From the NCBI GenBank assembly GCA_964106915.2, contig OZ066914.1: DNA of 64,000 nt. One strand, written 5' to 3'. Below the pieces are notes generated by a model. That model ran no database searches. It was given only the letters and a program-made list of their open reading frames with translations, and had not been told where the DNA came from. Position 1 is the first letter of the stretch. Each line of letters begins with the position of its first letter. The stretch comes from Podarcis gaigeae. Taxonomy: Eukaryota. Below are positions 1-11,261 of this stretch, piece after piece. The translations under genes were made by a program, and so were the position numbers.

Positions 1-1771
1 TCTGGAGCCAGCGAATTAGATTGGTTCACTTTAAAAGATGCAATGAACAAATTTCCCTCAAACCCTAGTCCTGGATCCAGCCTAGCAAGCTTTCCTTCTC
101 CACCTAAGATCTCAGCCCATATGCACCTGTGTCTATTCTTTCCTTGCCAGGGGAAAGCAGATATTTTGATGCCTTTTCCCACAATTAATCTTCTTCTCCC
201 AAAAATATATATGTAAACTTGGAAATATTTCCAAGGCAACACACAAGCTGGCCCATCCACTTTCTTATATTCTTTCAAGCTGAACTTTCAAAGGTGCTTT
301 TAAAAGTACTGAACATAAATTTGAAAGACAAACTTACTCCTTTTCTGCTTCTTGATTATGTATTATGTATTATTATCTGACAGTATCTCTGGTTTCTCAC
401 GGACTACATATAACAAATTGATTCGGGAACTTTCTCTTCTAGATCTTAGCAACTGGAAGAGTGTTATGTCATGCATCCAAGCATTCTTTCATGGTAACAT
501 GATAGCATCCACCCACAGCAACAATCAATTATGCATCAAAAAGAACATTGATCATTTCAGACTGCAGAACCAAGAGGCTGGATGATGAAAGAAAGATCAT
601 ACATGCCAATAAACATCTGAGAAAGGCAAGAATACAACTGGTCAGATTTTTCAGCCCCCAGCAAATGTACACACAGCACCCACTGAGATATGCATTTCTA
701 GTTGTAGCCCTTGGAATGGACTGCTATATGCAATGGAATTTGAGGGGCTCGGTTCTGTATAGGGTTGCAGCCATGGAGGTGACAGCTGAGAGTGAATTTT
801 CAGACTAGAACAGTAAGAATTTTGGATCACCCCTGCAACACACCCAGCAAGATAAAAATGAGCATCCTTTCTTTGGATTAAGAAGCAATATCAATTTAGC
901 ATCAACCCAATGCTCAGGCCACTGTTAAAATTCTCTTGTTGCTTCAGTTCCAACTGCTGTGGCTGGAGTTGAACAGAAGACAGTAAATAGTAACAGTGAA
1001 AAAGGAGTCTGTCTCTAAGACAGTGAAATCCTGTTCCCTGTTGACCACTGGAAACACTCTATAATGCTCCTTTGGTTTCTGACAGCTCAGTGGGCGTATT
1101 TATAAATGTTCTGCAGCCTGGAAAGTAAAAAAAAATACATTTTGTGAAAGCTGAAATGCTTCTAAGCCAATCCTTAGATATAATCGAACCTTTCTGTCTC
1201 AGGGAAAGCCCTGATGTATCACTGATGTCTCTAAGTATCACTGTCACATGCTGTGGGACTTCTTTCTTCACTTGTTAAAGGGCAAAGTCCTAGCATTGGG
1301 GTAGGGGGGGTTCCTACCTGTGCCACTTTCTGGCTCAAATCATGCCTAACATACCTGGTATGTGTATTCAGCCACTAGGTCAGAGGTTCCACACTGTGAG
1401 TCTATGGGCTGGTTCCCTACACATCAACCCTTTCAAATCAAGCAACACCATTTAACTTGCAATGTGCCAAAAGGAGAGAACAGGGTTCAATGTGTTAGAC
1501 ATGTCTTGATGAACATGTATTTGACATGGGGAATCTTCTTTTCTAAATATCACTAGTATTCCTTGAATGTTCCACCTCAGCAAGACTCACCAACTTTCAC
1601 TTTTCATAATTCAGTTGAGACTAGTGTTTCCCCAGTGCAAGAAAGTAAGCCACGCTTTATTTTTGTTTTTACTTACATGGTTACCCTGCAGGGTATGTCA
1701 AAATGCTATTTCAGCCATTATTCATCTGTCATGTTGAAATGTAGCATCTTGTTATTTGGTATAATAATCTA

Positions 1772-1918
1772 AATCACAGAATTGCAGAGTTGGAAGGGGC
1801 CTTGAGGATCATCTAGCCCAACCCCGTTGAATGCAGGACTGTGCACTGTCCCATACAGGGATTGAACCTGCAATCTGGGTGTCATTAGTGCCATGCTCTA
1901 ACCAACTGAGCTACCCAG
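1772..1918 (-). mobile_element. tRNA-Ile-derived SINE with CR1-like 3' tail
   Basis: Minus strand reads CTGGGTAGCTCAGTTGGTTAGAGCATGG...GGTTCAATCCC (A and B boxes, tRNA-Ile(AAT)-like head), then a CR1-type tail ...GATGATCCTCAAGGCCCCTTCCAACTCTGCAATTCTGTGATT. Confidence 0.85.
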
Positions 1919-2108
1919 AGATTTTATTAAGGTAACCTAGGGACACAATACCCTATATAGCATTAAGCTGTTACTTTAGCTTCCTCCCTCCCCACTTTTA
2001 AAAATGATTGTGATGTATTTCCTGCTCCATGTGGGGTGACTCTGCCTGGTAGCATGGGGACTCAGAGAGTTCTGTGAAAAGTGGGGTTATATTGTCCTGC
2101 TCTGCTCT

Positions 2109-2345
2109 TGTTATGTATTGAAGTTCTCACCCTGGCCACCAGGGGTGTTGTGTATATAGTTTTCACTCAGGTCCACGTAAGTTAATTTAGGCGGGAAACC
2201 CTGGGCTGTTACAATGTTGACAGCCGGCTGCCTATAAAAGCAGGCCGGCTGAGCTGTTTGCTGTTCAGTTCAGTTCCATCTTACTTATAAAAAACTACTT
2301 GGAGAAATCTCTGTGTTGTCTGCTATGTCCACCTACTACTTAATA
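2109..2345 (+). mobile_element. Solo LTR (LTR retrotransposon/ERV)
   Basis: Starts TGTTA and ends TAATA (TAACA with one substitution). Flanked by a perfect 5-bp TSD GCTCT (2104-2108, 2346-2350). Internal TATA-like CCTATAAAAG near 2232. Confidence 0.8.
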
Positions 2346-2386
2346 GCTCTTGTGAGGGCCTATGGGTTAGGGATCACTCTATAGGA

Positions 2387-2990
2387 TGTTGTGAGAGAGT
2401 GGATGCCAAGGCCTTCAAAATACCTCACTTAGGAGAGTCTGAGGCCATTTTGCCCCATGAGCATATTGGTGTTGGAACCTCAATGACCTACTTGGGTTGC
2501 TGGTTGACAGACCCGAAATGATTCCCCCCCCCCAACTCAATCAGCCCTTGTCTGGTCCGCCCCCCCCCCTTTCCCTCAGTGAAATGCTTCATTAGAATTT
2601 TGTCTGAACTTGGGCAGAAATGGCATGGGGCAAGATCAGCATAGCAAATGGGGACCCCATAAGGGAGGATTGGCTCAAGGCATGCCCTAAACTTGGCTTA
2701 GAGCTTCTGCCTGGAATCTCTGCCCCTGGTTGCCCAGTGGAAACCTTAACACCACACCAGGGTTTGCACCACACCAGGATTTAACACTGGCCAACTTCCA
2801 TGGGGTGCTTCTCAACCCCAAGCAGAAGGCCATTCCATCAGCAAGGGCTGAGTGGAAAAGGGAATTGACCCTTGCCCTACTGCCATGCCAACCTTACTTA
2901 CTCACTGGTTAATCAATAAAGTCGTGGCCTGATTTTACCCAACACTGGCTTCTAGTGTCTAGTTATTTCCACTTCATTCATGGGCCACAA
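2387..2990 (+). mobile_element. Probable retroelement terminal-repeat remnant (LTR- or DIRS/Ngaro-like)
   Basis: GC-richer block with poly-C runs, ending CAATAAAGTCGTGGCC...GTGTCTAGTTATT, resembling squamate retroelement terminal repeats. Boundaries uncertain; no TSD found. Confidence 0.35.
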
Positions 2991-3005
2991 ATATGCACCT
3001 GCCTG

Positions 3006-3047
<42 letters not shown>
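3006..3047. repeat. (GATA)/(GACA)n microsatellite
   Basis: Direct reading of tandem tetranucleotides. Confidence 0.95.
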
Positions 3048-6000
3048 GCTACTGTACAAACATGCTTGCATATTCAGGCCCAGGTTTGCACTCTGCTGGA
3101 GATAGGTTAGGCTTTAAATTCCTAGTAGTTAGACTATCAGAAACCAAAGAGCATATTCTCACATGTTTTTCTTCACTAATTTTGAAATCTCCATTACATC
3201 ACCATCTTGTTAAAGCCTTTCCAGTAGATTTTGAGCCATTACAGAAGTACAAGAAAGCCCAAAATAAAAGTTGGGCTTTGGAAGGTGGGGGGTTTGCCTC
3301 CCTATCTCTACTTTCCAGTTATTAGAATATGTGAGATTCTTAAAATGTATATGTGGTCACGGATAGAAAGACATTCCTTTGGAGAAGTGAGTTGAAGAAG
3401 GTTTAAAAACACCCTGCTTGCACCTCAGAATATCAGACTGGCAGGGAGGTTGGTGACACAGCCAGGAGGCTGTTGCCTTCAGATAGTCAGCTTCACATGA
3501 AACCAGAAAGATTTTTATGGGTTAATTTGTATTTTATTGACATTGGATGATTGGATATATATATGTGTGTATATATATATATATATCTGTATTTTATCAT
3601 GCATATTTTATTGCATTATTGCTGTTAGCCCACCACCATGAGTACCATTTGGTGGGAAGACAGGATTCAAATTTAACAAATAAATACATAAAACTGATTT
3701 TTCCTTATAAAAGCTCATTCTACAATAAATGTGTTAGTCTTTAAGCTGGCACAAGATCCTTGCTTTTTTTGGAGAACAAAAATTTTTAAGCAGGGGAAGA
3801 GGCACAAGGGATACTTCTCTTTCTGCCCTGACCATTTGGATTTGACAGCTGGAGGGACCAGTAAGGGACCGGCCTCATCTGACTGCAGGGATTTTGGTGG
3901 GACATAAGAAGAGATGAAGCCTTTGACTGCTTGGTACAGGATGCTATTTGAACAACAAAAGTTCTATTCTTCCTACTAGCTGGCAATCCGATTCTCATTT
4001 TACAAATGTAATTTGTATTCTTGAGTACTTACAAAATATTTTGAGCAAATTACTCAGGCTCTTTTGAGTAGACAGCTGCTCATATTGACTTTCTTGTACA
4101 TTCATGGCAGGTTACCATTGCCATTCACTTAATTCTCCTGCCTGTTTGCAAATGAGAATGACTAACAGTAAAAAAACACACGCTTCAGTACATACACATA
4201 TATACACAAAAACTCCTAAAACTTTGCACATTTACATGCCCACCCCAAAGTCCTCAGCTGTTGTTCAGATACTCACAAATAATAAATAACATGACCTAGT
4301 GAATCATATCAAACCAAATGCAAAGAACTTTCCTGGCCAAAATTTTAATTAAAAAGACATTTAAGATGGTTTGCCTGCCATTACTCATCTAGTTCAAGCC
4401 AAACAATTCTTTTTTTAAAAAAAGAAAAAAAGAGGGGGAGACATCTTGCTTCTTATCTGGGAAAAACCAAAATGTAACCTAACAATGGCATACCCAACAG
4501 TTGCCAGATATTTCTCATCAGTTTCAAAGCAGTTGTGTGTTGTTGTTTTCCTGCATTGCAGCTGTGTTTAAGGAATTCGGTTTCTATCTCCCCCCCTTTT
4601 TTTTGTTAGAAGTAGATCCTAGTTTTTGTGGCAGAAAGAATTAAGATGGATGGTTTGGGAGACTAGCTACCCATAGCGATTTGTATTGCAGTTTATAAGA
4701 CATGAGGTTTGTTGTGTGCAGTACAGATTTAGAAAGAAAGAAAAGGGTGCAACAGAGGAAGACATTCAGTTCTGCCTCGTTCACTAGACGGGTTTTAATG
4801 TTTGTAAATAGTATTTCATGAGTTCAGTTTTACATTTTTTAAATTTTATATTCAGTTGGAGGATACTCACCATATAATGATTAAATAATTTCATCCAAAC
4901 CCTCAAATCTGTTCTTGAGACAGTTCAGCTATACAGCTAGCACAGAAAACCTGGAAAACCCAACAATGCCTTGTGTTCTAAGAGCTCTTACAGGCTTTGA
5001 ATGGAATGTCTTCTCTATATTCTCCCCGTCAGATCTTCCCCAGTCCTTGCCATTATAAGCATGGCCCGTTGCCAACTGCCTTGTTCTCCTCAACCAGACC
5101 CTTGTGGTGGTACTTCACCTGCCTTTAAACTCTTGTTCTCCCAACATTTCTCTTGGCCTATGTTATATGTCAGTTTCTGACTTTGCTATTCCCGTTTATC
5201 TATAGTAATCACTTCATGCCAGAAGCTGATTCTGGTCATCTGAACTACCCCATTCATGACGTAACTATAGAAACACCACAGTGGATGACTCAGCATTGTT
5301 TTTATTCTTTCTATGGATAGACATGCCTTCATTTAATATTAATATTTAATATTCATTTAATATTGATATTGGAAAATACATATGGGTGTGAAGAAACTAT
5401 ATAGTAAGAAGAGTTTTATCCATTGTAAATGTAACAATTGTCATTTGCAACTGGGTATATTTTATAGTTAAACATCAACCACACTGTAGAATTGCGTAGC
5501 ATGCCAGTGAATTGTAAATCTATATGAGGCAACAGAAAAAATGCTTGAGTTCCATATAAGGTTGAAGCCAAAGCACACAAACACCATTTCGTGGCAGCTT
5601 GTACAGTGCTTGGTTGCCCCTTGTGTGGTGATGAATCTTGCCAAATTTCAGAATAATTTCCTGCCAACCACCCTATACCTGCAAACCACCTAAGGTGGTT
5701 TAAAAGGGATCCATTCATTCATTCATTCATTATCACCATTCATAACCCACCCTTCACCCGAGGGTCCCTGGACAGATTATATGTTGGTTGCCACCCATCT
5801 GTTTTGGGACAATGGAGGAATAATATTATTAATAATATTTTTTATTATTTATACCCTGCCCATCCAACTTGTGTTTGTAGTGACACACAACTCAGAAATA
5901 GGACATAAGGATTTTCTTGAGTAGCACATTGTGATCTCTTGTGGAACTACAGGGGAACCAAGCAGCTGGTAGAGAAACCACAGAGCTAAATTATTGTTTG

Positions 6001-6224
6001 GGGGATTAATTATAAGACTCATTTTTTAAGTTCGAAAGTCCCTTGTAACAGGCACTGTACAATAATCTGGGAAGTGCATCTCCTGAACTATGAAGAGTTT
6101 ACAACATAATCTGAAAGGAATGTAACATGAGATCAGGGGACCAGTAAGTACTTAAATCACTTGCATGTAATTCTGTGAGCAACGGGTGAAAAATGATTAA
6201 TAGAAAACATCTCACATGCATTCA

Positions 6225-6560
6225 TTAGAAAGATAGGAAGAGAAGTAGAAGTTAATGGGACTACCTTTAAAAGAAATACACTATGGTGAGGGCCATGAGG
6301 CCTGTGCCAAATGTAAATCCCTGTTTATGGATAATAAAATCCCAACTAAGTGCTGGAGAGGGTGTGATGAAACTAAATCCTATCAGCATATGCAACAGCT
6401 GTAAACTCATCCAAGACCTTAAGATGTCTGGGCTGGTTGTGACCTTCTTAAATGACTGGCATAAAAATCTTCCTTGGCCTGAAGATAACACTAAATTGAA
6501 AGAGGAAGTGGGGCTGGGAATCTGATTAGCAGGTTTCATTGCATTGTTGAAGTTCAGGAT
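6225..6560 (+). mobile_element. Highly degraded L1/Tx1-clade ORF2 C-terminal (cysteine-rich) remnant
   Basis: Manual translation gives KCWRGCDETKSYQHM (CWRGC at 6351-6365), then after a frameshift CKLIQ. This resembles the L1 ORF2 motif CWRGC-x7-H-x4-CKLVQ. Confidence 0.4.
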
Positions 6561-6749
6561 TTTGTCCATGGCCTTATGCTGGTAGCTTTCCCAACTACAC
6601 AGGATTGAAACACAAACTTCATATAGTATTGTTATTATTATTATTTACAGTCCCTGCCTGTCTCCATGTTTCTTCTTGCTTTTCTCTTTTCCTTTCTTTC
6701 TATCTTGAAAAGCATGGCAATGGAAGCGATATTAGAGAAGCACCTAAAA

Positions 6750-6887
6750 CAGGGGAAGCCAACATGGCTCCCTCCAGGTGTTGCTGGACTATAAATCCCA
6801 TCACCCCCAGCCAGCATGGCTGATTCTCAGGGATTATGGGAGCTGTAGTTCAGCAATATCTGGAGGAAACCATACGGATTACCCCTG
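6750..6887. mobile_element. Palindromic hAT-type MITE
   Basis: CAGGGG...CCCCTG termini with internal inverted arms (CCCTCCAGGTGTTGCTGGACTA / TAGTTCAGCAATATCTGGAGG). Confidence 0.8.
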
Positions 6888-9800
6888 CACTCAAAAGACC
6901 AACTAGAAATTTGGCTGCACTATTTCATATGAATAACTTATTCAAGGGACTTTTTTGTCTTGGGAAAAGTAACCCCAGAATTATTTTTGAGCGTGCTTCC
7001 AGATGTCAACAGGACAAAAGAAAAGCGTGCTTCCAGATGTCAACAGAACATGTCGGAACTATATTAGCACTAGTGTTGTTTGTGCTAGTTATTGTGGGTG
7101 TTTACAGATCACAAGATTTGGTTTTGATCCTGATGCAACACTTCAGAAAACATCCTGATTTGATCCAAACTGGTTTGGAGGCTATCCAGTTGGCTCGGGG
7201 TCTGAAGCTGAATTCTGATTTGGAAAAAATGAGGATGTGTGCCTCTCCCATTCACTATTATAAAAAAAATTAAAATATAGCTACAACTTGAAAGGGGGCA
7301 GCCTCTAACCAAGTGTTATCCGCTCAGAAGGGGCTGTTGTATCTGAAGTATCATCCAATTCTGTCAGAAACAACAGAAAACCTTCTAGCTCTTGAGTTGG
7401 CATGACCAGTATGACAAATTATACTAAGACTTGCTGCCCTTGGTCCATTGTAGCCAACATATACTACTGGTTATGGCATACCAAATCTCTCTGAAGAGAG
7501 ATTTTGGCTCAGAATCTGGGCTTCAGCCAAATACAATGAACACCTAGTAAAGACTAATTATGCATCATATAATCCCCCCACAAAAAGATACCACTAGAGC
7601 TCTCCTTTTCTTTCTACTGCCATTATAGCTGATGCTCAGAGGTTGGGGAGGGGGTTCTTCTTCAAAATGGCACACCAGGCTGAAGCAAGCTATAAAGTTT
7701 CATTTTATTAAAAATGAAAGAAAGAAAACGAAACTGGCTAGCCAACAGTGAAAAAGACAGGGGTTCCTGCAATGAACCCTCATTGGCAAGGTGAAATTTA
7801 TAACAGAAGAGGCTTCTCAAAAAATTCTATACAGAGAAGAGAGGAAACAACACAGAGATGGGCAGGATTACTCAAGGTGATTTGTAGCACACAACTAATT
7901 ATTTGAGTGGTAAGTTTGTTTTTCCATTTCCTGGTTCTACCTACCCATGAACTACTAAAGAACTTCATTATAAATATACTTTTTAAAAAGTATTTTTGTT
8001 CACCATATGATTAGGCTTTTGGAATATGCTGGAAAACTTTTTCTTCACTCAGGCTTGCTACTTTCGTTGTGCTGCTACTTTATCCACAGCTGTAAAAGGT
8101 TTATGTTATTACATTATTTATATAATGTATTCATTCTTGTCTGCACACCGTGTTGGGTGTTGTGTTACTTAGCAGTCAAAATGTTTGTGCGGTGAAGGAA
8201 TAAATGAAATCATTCCTTTTATTTTTATTTTTTTTACTCAGCATTGGATTACTACAAAACTCTATCCCGGTTGAATGAAGTCTCCAACTTCTTTTTATGT
8301 GTCTAAGGTTAGATCTTCTCCTCATCCATGATTATTTATTGGCATCTTAAAATAGTAGATTTATTTATTTATTTTTTGAAAGAGAAAAATAACATTTAGT
8401 ATCTGATAAAATATCTGATAAAAACCTTGAGATCTTCAAAAAGAATGTATGCATAGACTATGTATCATAGCCAGAAATCAATTCTGTTTCACAGGCTGAA
8501 ATATCTTGACAGCTGGAAAAAGCCAAAGGAAGGGATTTATATGAGCTTGTGCCGAACACTCTGTTTATTAGTGGTCTCAGACACCTTGTATCCTGAGAGA
8601 AGCTGGAAACTTAAAATCAAGGAACATGTTAATATATTAGGTCAGTTTTGGAAGCCAAAAATATGTACTAGCTGAGGAAACACTCCTGGAGTTTTGTTAG
8701 ATCATACAATATGTTTCAGATGAGTTCTGCCTGAAGGCAACACTTGTCAGAAGATAGTCCTAAGGCAGAGAGTGGTACTAGGTTAGGCTTAAAGATATTG
8801 AGGTAATGGGGCATAAAATAGTTGCATATTCACTATGACACATGAACAAATGGCCAATAGGACATCATCTTGGAGGTTGTCTCATCCAGTATATGTTCCA
8901 TGTTATTTCTCCTCTGGAAGTAGAGGCAAAAGCAAAACTTGTGCATGTGGATTCTGTAATTGCAACAAAAAATGGTTTTGTTCATGTGGTGAATGCATTA
9001 AAACTAAAGTCCAACAGCACAGGTGCCAGATCACCTTCAGGCACGAAGTAGTTTTGTCAAAACTAAACAATGAAAAATGTTAAGGTCTAATAAATCTTCA
9101 TGGTGGATCAGCACAAAAAGGATTTAGCACAGGTGATTCTGTAATTGTAATTCATTAGGAAAAATTAGCAGAGCTTAATGATCCTGAAACATTTACGTCC
9201 ACCTGTGTGATGTGCTTGACTAGCATTTGGGAATTAAAACTTGTCGGACAGAAAATCCAGGACCATTTCCAGTGTAACACGTTCTCTTGCCTCCAAGGAG
9301 GGAATGTCTGCAGAATACGTGTGAAAAATGTAGAACGCAAATGACTTTTGCAAGAATGATCTGTGAACAGAAAGCTAGTTTCTTGCTCATGAATCTTCCT
9401 TGAAAAACCCCAGTGAGTTTTCCATTTTGGTATAACCTTTTCCACATACATTCCTCTGGGAAGAACATTTTTTTCTGTTAGAGATAGCCAAATGTATTGG
9501 ATTCCTGTTAAAGTGTTTAATAGTTTCCTCTTAGTGCTTGCCTTGGGGGTTTTTTTCTTCAGGGGGTGGGATGGGGAGTAATTGTTCATATTCTAAATGC
9601 TGGTGGTATGTGGATATTATGCATCAGCAATCTGTGCAGTTCTGATTGCTTTAATTTTTTTAGCTGTCATTTCCTAAATATCATTGCACTGTGTACATTC
9701 AATGGTCATTTGCACACTGTACATTCCTCCACAGAACCGTGTTAATGATACTCAGTGTTCATATAGCACAGTTGCAGAGCATGGTCCTTCCCGACATACC

Positions 9801-11055
9801 ATCCCCAAGTGCCTATAGGCAGAAATATGGGAGTTGGTCATATCTACTGTGCAGATTCCTCTATTAGCGGTGCTGTGTCTGCCTGGGGGTGCACTGTGCC
9901 CCAAGTATTCAAACTATTATCTTACAATAGCCAGATAAAACAGGCCAACCTTCTTATCTTCATATTGAGCCAATGTGATGCACCAGACAGCGTGCTGGAT
10001 TGAGAATGGAGAGACCCATGCTGAAATCTGTTCTTCATCATGAAGCTTACTTGGTGATGTTGGGCTGGCCGCCATCTTTTCCCCTAGCTTACTATGCTGG
10101 CATGAGATGATGACAAGGTGATGACTGCTGTGAGCCTGTTCTAGGAAAAGAAGGATACAAATGTCAGAGATAGATAGAAAGATATTCCAGTGTGTCATGA
10201 GGCCAAGAGAAAAGTGGCTTAGCTGAGCCTAGGGAATTCAAGACAGAAAGGAAATCTGAACCAAAGACTTCCTGACTCACACAGTTTACATGCCAATCCA
10301 GGGCACTATACCATTCCCCCAGCCAGAGGTCAGAGGGAAAAGTCCACAAGATAACAGCCAGCATTGAGATCTTACATCAGTCTATCTAGGCTTGAGGCTG
10401 TGTATTAATGGGGGGAAAACCATGAAAATGCATAGCATTTTTGTTCTGCTGATTCTTGAGTGTTTCAGCAAGTGTAGCATAGTGGATGAGCTGTACAAGT
10501 TGAGAAGTCCCTGGCTCCAGTCCTGTTTCTGTCCTGAACTCTTAGCTAGCCTTAGACAAGGCATTTTCTCATCCTCACCCCCCACCTTCCTTCTGCAATA
10601 TTGCATAGGGGAATTGGGCCCTGGGGCTTTCCAAAGCAGACTCTTCAATGCATGTCTATTGATCTCTCTGACGCGGCTTTGATCTGGAGAAAAACACCGG
10701 TGCCTGGGGAGGAATTAAAATGTCCTGCCTGGATGGAGGGTTTGATGGGCGGTTGAAACAGCTAGCCCATCTAGATTCAACAGAAGAGAATAAGGCCTCC
10801 CTGACAGCTCTATGCAGTGACTCACAGTACCTCCTCCTTTCAGTCTAGATATGCTGACTTCTTACACAAGTCATGTTAAGTGCCCTGCAGAAGGCATACA
10901 GAAGGATACAGACTTACAGCAAAGGTCCAATGGCTCCCTCCTGGCTCCTTCTCACCACATTCCATGAGGATATGGCATGTCCACACCCAAGTAAAGACAC
11001 ACACAACCTTTATAGGTCCAGGCAGGCTATGTCACATAGGAACACAGGTGGCTGG

Positions 11056-11261
11056 CAGTGGCGCGCAGTCAGTGGACTATGGGGTCTAGGCTAGTCCCCT
11101 AATTTTCCCGTGGTGCCTCCTTCCCAAAGCCCAAGAAGCTTCTGCCCAGTTTAAGGAGGCGCAATGCTCACATCTGTGACGTCCCCCTGCCCATCACACT
11201 TGCAAGCTGGCACCTCTGGCCCCAACTGTTCCCCTATGAAAAATTTCACCGCATGCCACTT
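11056..11261. mobile_element. hAT (Tip100-like) non-autonomous element
   Basis: Decayed TIRs CAGTGGCGCGC.../...GCATGCCACTT; 8-bp TSD GTGGCTGG/GTGGCTCG (7/8). Confidence 0.65.

Noticed and set aside
1845-1918. Functional tRNA-Ile gene
   Set aside because: Stems are degraded and it is fused to a CR1-type tail, so it is a SINE head.
6836-7273. 145-aa ORF with a hydrophobic stretch
   Set aside because: Starts inside a MITE, spans a local duplication and has no recognisable domain; consistent with a chance ORF.
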